The translations under genes and the position numbers were made by a program. DNA of 31,776 bases from Nitrospirota bacterium. Lineage in GTDB: Bacteria > Nitrospirota > UBA9217. The stretch is taken from contig JBGQDI010000001.1 in assembly GCA_041495765.1 (NCBI GenBank), forward strand, positions 1-31,776. The letters run 5' to 3'. Below the pieces are notes generated by a model. It worked only from the letters and a program-made list of their open reading frames with translations, ran no database searches and had not been told where the DNA came from. Every line of letters begins with the position of its first letter. Within the stretch, counting starts at the first letter, position 1. Positions 8,881 to 17,414 of the stretch are shown here, in pieces.

Positions 8881-8912
8881 CAATCCGCATTCCGCAATCC
8901 GAAATCCGCAAT
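8881..8912. repeat. Heptamer tandem repeat (CAATCCG)x4.5
   Basis: CAATCCG CATTCCG CAATCCG AAATCCG CAAT, immediately after the oppD stop. Confidence 0.85.
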
Positions 8913-8916
8913 AGCC

Positions 8917-9876
8917 TCACTTCGCTTCCCAGCAGCGCACGAGATGTCCCGGTGCGACCTCGACGAGGTCCGGATCTGTTTCACAGCGAACGGTTTTCCT
9001 GTCGCAGCGCGGCGCGAACTTGCATCCCAGCGGCAGGTCCTCGAGGCGCGGCACGGAGCCGGGGATGGTCTTCAGGCGCGCCCGGCCGGTCTGCCCCGGC
9101 TTCGGGATCGAGGCCATGAGCCCGCGCGTATAAGGGTGCAGGGGATGCTGGAACAGCTCCACGATATCCGCCTGCTCCACGATCCTGCCTGCATACATGA
9201 CCGCAACTTCGTCGGCCCGTTCGGCGATCAGGCCGAGATCGTGCGTGACCAGGACCAGCGCCATGCCCATTTCCTTCTGGATCCGCTCGAGCAGCTCCAG
9301 GATGTGTGCCTGGATCGTCACATCGAGTGCTGTGGTCGGTTCGTCCGCCAGGATGAGCGACGGCCTGCAGGCGATGGCAATGGCGATCATGACGCGTTGG
9401 CGCATGCCGCCGGAGAGCTGGTGCGGGTATTCATGGGCACGCTTGTCGGGCGCCGGAATGCCGACGGAGCGGAGGAGCTCCACGGCCTGGTCGAGGGCCT
9501 GCCGTTTCGAGATGGCCTGATGCGCGGTCAGGACCTCGGCGATCTGGTTGCCCACCGTGAAGACCGGATTGAGCGCGGTCATGGGTTCCTGAAAGATCAT
9601 GGAGATCTTTGCACCGCGAACGGCTCGCATTTCATCGGTCGATAGCGTTCTCAGGTCGCGGCCTTCGAACAGTATGGTGCCGGAAACGACCTTGCCGGGA
9701 TAGGGCACGAGGTCGAGGATGGACAGTGCGGTCATGGTCTTGCCGCAGCCCGATTCACCCACGAGACCGAGAACGCGGCCCCGCTGCAGGGTGAGATTCA
9801 GGCCGTTCACCGCCTTGATCACCCCGCCGCGGGTAAAAAAGTGGGTGGAGAGATCTTTGATCTGCAGAAGGTCCAA
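8917..9876 (-). CDS. oppD: Oligopeptide/dipeptide ABC transporter ATP-binding protein (OppD/AppD type)
   Basis: [28 protein letters not shown]. Start reassigned to TTG 9876 with GGAG RBS. Confidence 0.92.
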   Translation of the reverse strand: MDLLQIKDLSTHFFTRGGVIKAVNGLNLTLQRGRVLGLVGESGCGKTMTALSILDLVPYPGKVVSGTILFEGRDLRTLSTDEMRAVRGAKISMIFQEPMTALNPVFTVGNQIAEVLTAHQAISKRQALDQAVELLRSVGIPAPDKRAHEYPHQLSGGMRQRVMIAIAIACRPSLILADEPTTALDVTIQAHILELLERIQKEMGMALVLVTHDLGLIAERADEVAVMYAGRIVEQADIVELFQHPLHPYTRGLMASIPKPGQTGRARLKTIPGSVPRLEDLPLGCKFAPRCDRKTVRCETDPDLVEVAPGHLVRCWEAK

Positions 9877-9890
9877 GCGCACAGCTCCGG

Positions 9891-10631
9891 TCAGGGTTTT
9901 TGAGGTCGAACGAAGTTGAGATAGGTCTTGATCGCGGAATTGTTGGGATTGATCTTGAGGGCCTTGCGCCATTCTTCCTCGGCCAGCCCGTAGAACCCCT
10001 GGGAGTAATAGGTGATCCCCAGGTGCAGCCGCGCCGGGATGAAGTTTGCATTTATCCCGATGGCCCGGTTGAACTCTTTGATCGCCTCATTGTGCTTGCC
10101 CTGGTCCCGCAGGACGATCCCGAGCTGCGTAATGATGTCGGCGAAAGTGGGGGCAAGGCGAAGAGCCTTCTGGTACTCGTCAATGGCTTCATCGAGGAGC
10201 CCCATATCATAATACAGTTTGCCGAGGCGCAGGTGCTCGTCAGCGAGCTTGCCCTTGACAAAGGGGTCGACCGCCGGTTTTGCGGCCTTCGATTTGTCGA
10301 CGGGCGCCGCAGCGGCTTTCTCGGTAAAATGAGCGGCTCTTTCAAAGACCTCGCGGGCCTGGTCATATTTCCCCCCGTCACTAAGGGTGACGGCTAGGTT
10401 CAGCGATGCTTCGGTATATTTCGGGTTCAGTTCAACGGCTTTTTTAAAGGCCTTGACCGCAAGTTCGAGCCTGTTCGTCTGATGGTAAATGATGCCCATC
10501 TTGTTCTGGATATCGGCGAAATCGGGCTTGGTGTCCAGGATCTGCCGGAAGGCCTGCTCAGCGATCGCGTACTCGTTTTTGTTGAATGCTTCCATACCCT
10601 GCTCGTACAGCTCATCCAGCTTTGGCGGCAT
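9891..10631 (-). CDS. Tetratricopeptide repeat protein
   Basis: Repeated A...F.KA....P.(Y/F)A.....LG helices; GGGAG RBS. Confidence 0.9.
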   Translation of the reverse strand: MPPKLDELYEQGMEAFNKNEYAIAEQAFRQILDTKPDFADIQNKMGIIYHQTNRLELAVKAFKKAVELNPKYTEASLNLAVTLSDGGKYDQAREVFERAAHFTEKAAAAPVDKSKAAKPAVDPFVKGKLADEHLRLGKLYYDMGLLDEAIDEYQKALRLAPTFADIITQLGIVLRDQGKHNEAIKEFNRAIGINANFIPARLHLGITYYSQGFYGLAEEEWRKALKINPNNSAIKTYLNFVRPQKP

Positions 10632-10681
10632 GATTTCTCCCTGATCGCCTGCTCACTTGAGATCGTTACGCCTGTGTAAAA

Positions 10682-10710
10682 AATCTAACATAGGACATCA
10701 CCCCTGTCAA
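10682..10710 (-). promoter_or_regulatory. sigma70 promoter of TPR-oppD-oppF
   Basis: TTGACA-N17-TAGATT with TG extension. Confidence 0.72.
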
Positions 10711-10932
10711 TTAAAAACCGGCCAAACCCCGATCCGGAAGAGAACTTTTTCAGTGGTGGACCAGCGGGAAAGAGCCCTCGGCCAGGGCATGTCGTGGTTG
10801 AGAAGCGGCAAGGTTCGGCCATGATGCCACGGTACCGCCCGCTGGAATCCCGGAGCCGGGACGTGTCCATGAAAAGCTAGGGCAGCAAAGCAGAGCGCAA
10901 TGACCGAGGGGAAGCAGTTCAGGAGAGAGTGG

Positions 10933-11943
10933 TCAGTGCTGGTGCTGTTCATCGATGTGTTGATAAACAAGCCGGGAGATGGCCGCTATGGTGTCATCCA
11001 GGTATTCGTAGTTGTTCCCCCGGGACATGATGCACAGCAAATAGGGGTGATTGGGATAATAGATGATGCCGCAGTCGTGAAGCTGGATCTCATCCGAGCC
11101 CACATACTCGCGTTCCCCGAATTTATGCGCCACCCGTATTCCCGCTGGAACGCCGGCCACGAGGCCGGTCCTGAATTCGGTCTGCGAAAGATACTGGAGG
11201 GCTTTTTCCGACATGGACCGGGTCAGGTAGGAGGAATTGTAGAGGACCCGGAAAAAAGAGGAGTAGGCGACAATGGTCATGTCGTTCTCTTCTGTTTCTA
11301 TGTTCGGATTCGTAAATCCGAGATCCTGATAGGTTTTGGAAAGAACACCGATATCAACGTGCGCCCGCAGAAGCTTGGCGGCATTATTGTCGGAATACAC
11401 GATAGAACGAAAGATCAGATCATCCACGGTGTATTCGTGGGACGGGATCAATACCTGCGAAGGTTTTACCAGCTGATAGGAGTTGTTATCGTCCCCTTTT
11501 GTGAATTTCAGTTTTCTGGTCAGGACGCTGCTATCGGACTCCGCTTTTTTGAAGTAGGCGAACATCAGGGGGACCTTCAGCAGGCTGGCAGGAGTGAAGT
11601 TGTCCACATCGCCTATGCTGAACCATAATCCGTCGTGAAGCTCGCGGAAGTAGATGGATACGCTCCGCGCCCAGGTTTTATCCAGTTTGTTCTCGATAAA
11701 AGCTTCAACATCTCTTTTGAACGGGAATAATTGCTTGTTGGTCAAATAGTCCTTTGCTGTGTCGCATTCCAGGAGGGGATTGATGAATGAATAGCCGTTT
11801 TCCCGCTGTATGGTGACAGGTGTGTTCTCCCGAGCCTTTTCTTCAACATGTCCGCGGAGCAGGAAGCCGGCGGTTCCTCCGGTCAAAAGAAGCAGTATCG
11901 CTGTGCAAACAAGCAAGATGGTGTTCTTGGGTAGGGACTTCAT
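10933..11943 (-). CDS. Class A beta-lactamase-fold serine hydrolase, membrane-anchored
   Basis: N-terminal TM; SxxK (ASLLKVP), SDN, HKFG in place of KTG, HDCGIIY...YLLCIM. Confidence 0.82.
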   Translation of the reverse strand: MKSLPKNTILLVCTAILLLLTGGTAGFLLRGHVEEKARENTPVTIQRENGYSFINPLLECDTAKDYLTNKQLFPFKRDVEAFIENKLDKTWARSVSIYFRELHDGLWFSIGDVDNFTPASLLKVPLMFAYFKKAESDSSVLTRKLKFTKGDDNNSYQLVKPSQVLIPSHEYTVDDLIFRSIVYSDNNAAKLLRAHVDIGVLSKTYQDLGFTNPNIETEENDMTIVAYSSFFRVLYNSSYLTRSMSEKALQYLSQTEFRTGLVAGVPAGIRVAHKFGEREYVGSDEIQLHDCGIIYYPNHPYLLCIMSRGNNYEYLDDTIAAISRLVYQHIDEQHQH

Positions 11944-12044
11944 TCAGCGGTCACCGCGAGAAGGCAGGGTCGTTATTCTGTTGCAACATTGTGCAATGTT
12001 AAGGCAAGAGCGTAATGAAATCAAGTCTTAAATAATGTCGTTGT

Positions 12045-12563
12045 TTAAGAAAGGTCGTTTACGAGCGAACTTACTTTCTCGAGGTCGAATGGTTTTGGAA
12101 GGAAAGGACATGCGCTCTTGTGAAGATAGCGTAACTGCTCCTCGTTCGGATCGACTGCCGACATCATGATGATTCTGGTTGCCGGAGATACTTGCTGTAT
12201 GGTCCTCATGAGGTCGTATCCGTTCGCGTCGGGAAGATTAACATCAAGAAAGCAGATATGGTATGGTAGCCGGCTGATTTCACTGAGCGCATCCCTCCCA
12301 TTCGCTACGGCCGTGACCTCGGAGCCGCCATGCCTGAGCGTCGTGGAGAGAGAGTATAGAATAAGATTTTCGTCGTCCACCAGCAGGATTTTTGCCATTC
12401 CCAGAATATCCCCGGTACCCGGAAGTTCATCGCTGCCAATGCAGTCAATGCTCGTTTCTGTGATCGTGTTCATAAAGTATTCAACGCCCGCATCGACGCG
12501 GAAGATATCGCGGCGATCTGACAACGGGTCGATGCCCGCGTCATCGCTCTCCGTCCACATCAT
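12045..12563 (-). CDS. Stand-alone response regulator receiver protein (start uncertain: 12563, 12473 or 12398)
   Basis: KILLVDDE, FLDVNLPD (phospho-Asp), MMSA, LPKPFD; no output domain. Confidence 0.85.
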   Translation of the reverse strand: MMWTESDDAGIDPLSDRRDIFRVDAGVEYFMNTITETSIDCIGSDELPGTGDILGMAKILLVDDENLILYSLSTTLRHGGSEVTAVANGRDALSEISRLPYHICFLDVNLPDANGYDLMRTIQQVSPATRIIMMSAVDPNEEQLRYLHKSACPFLPKPFDLEKVSSLVNDLS

Positions 12564-12596
12564 TCTTCCTGATAAACCGGCATCACCACGGGTCGA

Positions 12597-13931
12597 TTAA
12601 TTCTTCGTTTTTTCTTTGGCCTTATTCTTATCCGGTATCGCTTCCTTGCCCGGTTTTTTCCTGTCGTAAGAGTATTTTTGATGACAACCCGGAGCGCAGC
12701 TCCCGCCAGTGTCGGTCTTGACGAAATTCAAGGGCAGGTTCCATTTTCCGAAGAGGACCTTGTCCGCGATCAGCTTCTGGTTCTCGCCGGCATGGATCAC
12801 ATGACAGACCTTGCAGCGCTTGCCGCGGTCCTTCCGGTTCACATGAATATAGTGCAGGTTTCTATCGCCGTCCCGGAACCCCGTCGCATAGGAGGTTGTC
12901 GGGAACTTGAGCAGGTCGCGGTTATGACAGCTGAAACACAGCGGGAATTCCGTGTCGTTATAGGACACATAGAATTCCGTTGAGTATGGTTTGATCAGAA
13001 GCTTCTCATTCGGCGTTCCATGAGGATCGTGGCAGGCCGTGCACCTTCCGTCCTTAATGGGGCCGTGCAGAACGGTCTGGTTCTTCTTGATGAAATTCTT
13101 GTGGCAGTCGAGGCAGAAGTCCTTGCCGGCACTCGCCAGGAGCTTGGGTGCGTCGCTCGCATGAGGATTATGGCACGTTGCACAGCCCCGCTCTGTTTTT
13201 ATGGGCGGGTGGATGCTCTTCGCTTCCTTGAGCTTATCTTCGATCGCGGAATGGCACTGGTAGCAGAGGCCGGACCCTTCCGCGGCAAAGAACTTTTTTA
13301 CTGCCGAGCCGTGCGGATTGTGGCAGGAAGTGCAGCCCATATCAAGCGCCGGGTGCACGTACTTTTTCTTTATCTCTCCCTGCATGTCGCCGTGGCAGGT
13401 GAAGCACAGTTCAGGGCCTTCCTTTACGAGCAGCCGTGCGTTGTTCGACTCGTGCGGATTATGGCAGAACGTGCAGTCACCCGTAGCGGCGGGGCCATGG
13501 GGAAACTTGTAGCCCGTTTTGTCCGGATGGCATGATGTGCAGAGCTCTTTGGCCGGCTGCGTAAGGAGCTTCGGCTCTGCCGAATCATGAGGATTGTGGC
13601 AGGTCGTGCACATCCCGTCCTTGACCGGAGGATGGATATGTTTCATGGTGCCGAACTGGGTATGGCACTGAAAGCACAGCCCGGGGACCTCCTGGGAGAG
13701 CTTGAAGGTCTTGGTTTTCTTTTGCGGATGCGGCGTCAGGACCGGCTGATGACAGGACTCGCAGGGATCTGCCGCCGGATGGATATTCTTGGTCTTTAAC
13801 ATCCCCTGGTGGCATTGTGCAGTTACGCAGCCTTGCTCTGCTGAAGCGACAGGGGTGAATGCTCCAGCAACACCGAGGAGGACCACTGCAACCAGGGTCA
13901 GTGCGATCGGAAAGAACGGGATCTTTTTCAT
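12597..13931 (-). CDS. Periplasmic multiheme cytochrome c, about 15 hemes (paired CXXCH repeats)
   Basis: Signal peptide; 13 CXXCH plus CVTAQCH (CX4CH) and CAPGCH (CX3CH); repeated H.P....C..CH.PH units. Confidence 0.92.
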   Translation of the reverse strand: MKKIPFFPIALTLVAVVLLGVAGAFTPVASAEQGCVTAQCHQGMLKTKNIHPAADPCESCHQPVLTPHPQKKTKTFKLSQEVPGLCFQCHTQFGTMKHIHPPVKDGMCTTCHNPHDSAEPKLLTQPAKELCTSCHPDKTGYKFPHGPAATGDCTFCHNPHESNNARLLVKEGPELCFTCHGDMQGEIKKKYVHPALDMGCTSCHNPHGSAVKKFFAAEGSGLCYQCHSAIEDKLKEAKSIHPPIKTERGCATCHNPHASDAPKLLASAGKDFCLDCHKNFIKKNQTVLHGPIKDGRCTACHDPHGTPNEKLLIKPYSTEFYVSYNDTEFPLCFSCHNRDLLKFPTTSYATGFRDGDRNLHYIHVNRKDRGKRCKVCHVIHAGENQKLIADKVLFGKWNLPLNFVKTDTGGSCAPGCHQKYSYDRKKPGKEAIPDKNKAKEKTKN

Positions 13932-13968
13932 AAGCAGCGATTTTACCTCTTTTTGTTTTTATATTACA

Positions 13969-13984
13969 AGCAAAAACTAGACCA
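13969..13984 (-). promoter_or_regulatory. Candidate sigma54 promoter of the 15-heme cytochrome
   Basis: TGGTCTAGTTTTTGCT (GG-N10-GC). Confidence 0.55.
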
Positions 13985-14013
13985 GATGGCCGGAAAGATG
14001 GGGGATGCTTTTT

Positions 14014-14027
14014 GAAATAATTATTTC
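14014..14027. promoter_or_regulatory. Perfect 14-bp palindrome, candidate operator
   Basis: GAAATAATTATTTC in the divergent intergenic region. Confidence 0.45.
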
Positions 14028-14352
14028 TGTGGTCCGCAAGCCCCCTAGACGCCTGGTCAGTAAAAAAACGCCTGATATCATCAGCATTCTCCAGTTCCAG
14101 GAAAGTCTTACGTTGACGCCAGTCGCATTATTTTTGCATAGTATTGTGTCGGGAAAGCGGCTTGTAATGCACAGGAGTAACTTGCCGGTCATTGTGAAGG
14201 GATAAGCAGGAGCCCATGCTCACGCGCAGGTGAAATAGCGCCGCTGGAGAGCTATATCGCGCCAGTCTTGTGCCGCAGGTGCGCAATACTGCAATACTTT
14301 GCATGACCTTTCAAGCCGCGAACCATCGGCTGTACAAAAACGATCTTTCCAG

Positions 14353-14381
14353 TTGACTTTGTTCTCCACTCCCATTAGTGT
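14353..14381 (+). promoter_or_regulatory. Candidate sigma70 promoter
   Basis: TTGACT-N17-TAGTGT upstream of the Ig-repeat gene. Confidence 0.45.
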
Positions 14382-14471
14382 TTCTCGATATGGTTGCGAG
14401 TCCACACTCAAAAGTGGACCCGGTTCACCGCCGGCAGGAAAACGGACTGCCTCCGGAAAATGGGAACGCTC

Positions 14472-16949
14472 ATGAACCAACTTCGAAACCTGGTCTTTAC
14501 TGCGGTTCTTCTGGGTCTCACTTTTTTCGCGAGCTTCTGCCTGGCTCAAGTGAGTTCACCCGTGAGTCAGCCCGACATGACCGACCAGCGGCATACCAAA
14601 GAAACCAGCGCACACACGGTGGTCCCGCCATCGGCAGAAGCAACGGTCGTGGTAGAGATACCCCGGACCCAGTGGTGTCAATGCGTCCGGGGTATTCTCG
14701 GGGTCGAAGGCGGGGATGTTGCGGGGTGTGTCAAGAGCGGGGCTTCGGAAGAGAAGCTGAAGATCTTCCGGCAGCGCGGACAGGGCAGCGGGAGCTCGAC
14801 CACCGTAACGTCCCTTCTGGCTTTTGCAGGTTGCAGCGAAAGCGAGAACCGGAGGATAGGATCTCTCTCGTTCGAGCTGGAATGGAGGGACCGGCCCGCC
14901 AGTCCCCCAGGCGTAGCTGTATCCTCTTCTGCCAAGATACCGGCAGAAGAGGCGCTACCGGTCACCTGCGAATCTGGCGGGGTCAGCACCATTCAGGCAA
15001 CATTATACCGACATTCCAGGGTAAAACTCGCATCCGTTAACCCCTGGGATTGTGTCCACCCCGTCGGCACCCTCAACAATATCCCAACCGGTTCGGGGAT
15101 CAGGTTCGTCATAACCGGCAAGAACGCGTCCGGTGCGGTACTCTACCGCAAAGAACTGGATGAGGTGACGATCGAATATAATAAGAGGACAGCGCTCGGG
15201 ACCGTCACTGCCATGTCTTTCGTCCCCGTCCTTTCTCTGCCGGGAGATGCATCGCTGGTGGGAAGCGGACGCGTTCGTTTTGCCTGGACCGGCGCAGCCG
15301 GCTCGACCTCGTACCAGCTCCAGGTGTCGGAATCCCCGGGTTTCTCGCCGCTTGCTCTAGACGCTCCTTTGACGGCTACATCATATGAAACAACTGCCGC
15401 CCTGGAGTCCAAAACCTACTATTGGCGCGTAAAGGCCACGGACGGCTACAGCAACACCAGCGAGTGGTCTTCTGTCCGGAGTGTCACGGTCGATGCAGAG
15501 CCTCCAGTTAATACCACTGCCGATAACTTCATCAACAAGGGCGCTCCGGCGACGAACGCAGGCACGGTCGCACTGGTGATATCCGCTCAGAAAAGAACGG
15601 GCGTCACCGGCTACTCGATTTCAGAACGGTCAAAGAAGCCGGAGGCCGGCAAAACGGGATGGGTCGCTATTCCCTCCACGGCATCCTACGCAGCCGAGAT
15701 TCCCTTTACGCTGAGCAAAGGTGACGGGAACAAGAAGATATACGTCTGGTTCAAGGATGCTTGGGGGCATGTCTCCGCAGGGAAAAGTGGCTCGATCCTT
15801 CTGGATACTACGCTTCCCCAGACGATGATCACGAGCCATCCGTCTTCGTTGACCAATTCGACAGCAGCACAATTCTCCTATTCCTCCACAAAGCCCCGCT
15901 CGACACTTCATTGCGCTCTTGACGGCGGCGTGTTTTCGCCCTGCACCGGTACGACGACCTACGAGGGGCTTCCGGAGGGGCCGCACACTTTTTCGGTCAA
16001 GGCGATCGATGCCGCGGGCAATACGGACCTTGTCCCCGCACGCTTCGACTGGACCATCGACCTTACGCCGCCTCATACCACCATTACCATGCAGCCACCT
16101 GTTCGGACCGACTCGGCCTATGCCCGGTTCAGTTTTTCCTCATCCAAGCCGGGCTCGACCTTCCAGTGCCAGATCGACAGAAATGCCTCTGCAGCTTGCA
16201 CCGATCCCATGGAATATCCGGTGCTGACGGCGGGCCCGCATACCTTTCTGGTCATGGCGACAGATACGGTCGGCAATACCGATCCCGCCCCTGCCCGCTA
16301 CAGCTGGACCATCGCGCCGCCGTTCAAGACGGCCATCACGGACCACCCCTCCAATCCCTCATCATCGGTCAACGCCGGATTCAGCTTCGCTTCCACCTGG
16401 CCCGGAGCAACCTACCAGTGCCAACTAGATAGCGCCGGGTATTCCGTTTGTATTTCTCCAGTGACCTATACGGAACTTACCGAGGGCAGTCATACCTTCA
16501 GCGTCAAGGCCCTTGATCCCTCGGGCAATGAAGAAGTTACGCCTGCACAGTATGTCTGGCTGATAAGTCTGCCGCCGATCGCAAGATCACCGAAGCGCTT
16601 CATCAATAGAGGGATCAGATTTCCCGGTTATGTCACGGATAAGAACGTCGTCAAATTAACATTGGCAGCGGTAGGCACCAAGAACGTTACGGCGTACTAT
16701 ACATCGGAAGATCCCGAGAGGCCTGATCCCGCTGATCCGGCATGGATCGCGATCTCACGCCCCTCCCTGGAATTTTCCCGCGTGGTGCCCTTTACCATGA
16801 GCATAACCAAGGGCACCAAGACCGTATATGTTTGGTTTAGGGACGTGGAAGGGAACGTGTCCGAGGTGATCAGCGATAGCATCTACTATTACAATTCAAC
16901 GTACCTGTTGATCGCCTATATTGTGATCCAGGTGGCCCTTCTGCTGTAA
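14472..16949 (+). CDS. Secreted/surface protein with FN3/Ig-like repeats and a C-terminal hydrophobic tail (~825 aa)
   Basis: Signal peptide; FN3-like W..V.A.D segment; three ~85-aa repeats (T.IT..P...F.F.S......CxLD.....C......L..G.HTF.V.A.D..GN); two FIN.G...VWF(K/R)D..G.VS repeats; ends YLLIAYIVIQVALLL. Start may be 14460. Confidence 0.82.
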   Translation: MNQLRNLVFTAVLLGLTFFASFCLAQVSSPVSQPDMTDQRHTKETSAHTVVPPSAEATVVVEIPRTQWCQCVRGILGVEGGDVAGCVKSGASEEKLKIFRQRGQGSGSSTTVTSLLAFAGCSESENRRIGSLSFELEWRDRPASPPGVAVSSSAKIPAEEALPVTCESGGVSTIQATLYRHSRVKLASVNPWDCVHPVGTLNNIPTGSGIRFVITGKNASGAVLYRKELDEVTIEYNKRTALGTVTAMSFVPVLSLPGDASLVGSGRVRFAWTGAAGSTSYQLQVSESPGFSPLALDAPLTATSYETTAALESKTYYWRVKATDGYSNTSEWSSVRSVTVDAEPPVNTTADNFINKGAPATNAGTVALVISAQKRTGVTGYSISERSKKPEAGKTGWVAIPSTASYAAEIPFTLSKGDGNKKIYVWFKDAWGHVSAGKSGSILLDTTLPQTMITSHPSSLTNSTAAQFSYSSTKPRSTLHCALDGGVFSPCTGTTTYEGLPEGPHTFSVKAIDAAGNTDLVPARFDWTIDLTPPHTTITMQPPVRTDSAYARFSFSSSKPGSTFQCQIDRNASAACTDPMEYPVLTAGPHTFLVMATDTVGNTDPAPARYSWTIAPPFKTAITDHPSNPSSSVNAGFSFASTWPGATYQCQLDSAGYSVCISPVTYTELTEGSHTFSVKALDPSGNEEVTPAQYVWLISLPPIARSPKRFINRGIRFPGYVTDKNVVKLTLAAVGTKNVTAYYTSEDPERPDPADPAWIAISRPSLEFSRVVPFTMSITKGTKTVYVWFRDVEGNVSEVISDSIYYYNSTYLLIAYIVIQVALLL

Positions 16950-17414
16950 CAATTCTCCGCGTTTATGTTCTGCCTCTCATTTTAGTTATCAAAAAATTAA
17001 ACTGGTGAAATGACCAACACGCTCTGGTCATTACACCATTGGCGATTTTATTATAAAACAGCCGAAAAAGAACTGATTGAAATATTGGATTTTTTAATGT
17101 ACTATTCATCAGTTTTAGAATGGTACATCCATTGCAGTATATAGTAGTAAAGTAACAGTATGGTAACAAATATTCCCATTCAAAACTGCGAAGTCCTGCA
17201 TTTTAAATGACCTTTATTGTTTTTTGTAGTCTTGCCCTGGCGTCAAGGTTTACCAGCGATCTCGATTCCCTGTCCTTGCAGGAGTCGCGGTCTCGCTGAT
17301 GAACGGTTAAGACCGCTGCTCATTTTGCCGTAGCTTGATGTAAGCATTCTTACTGAAATACTGCGGCCCTTTTTTTGTCAGGGCCGTGTTTCTGAGACAG
17401 AAGAGCTTGAGAAA

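Noticed and set aside
8917-9972. ORF-track start of oppD at 9972
   Set aside because: Overlaps the TPR gene; TTG 9876 has an RBS and matches the family N-terminus.
10707-10970. 87-aa minus-strand ORF between the serine hydrolase and TPR genes
   Set aside because: Overlaps the hydrolase end and the promoter; no RBS or recognisable content.
10933-11943. Calling this an antibiotic resistance beta-lactamase
   Set aside because: KFG for KTG and no evident E166 loop; activity cannot be inferred.
14800-14840. Internal lipobox-like LLAFAGC suggesting a second gene start
   Set aside because: No start codon or RBS and no full hydrophobic core; the frame is continuous.
17296-17316. CTGATGA plus a short stem, like a hammerhead ribozyme core
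   Set aside because: The required GAAA after stem II is absent (CTGC follows).
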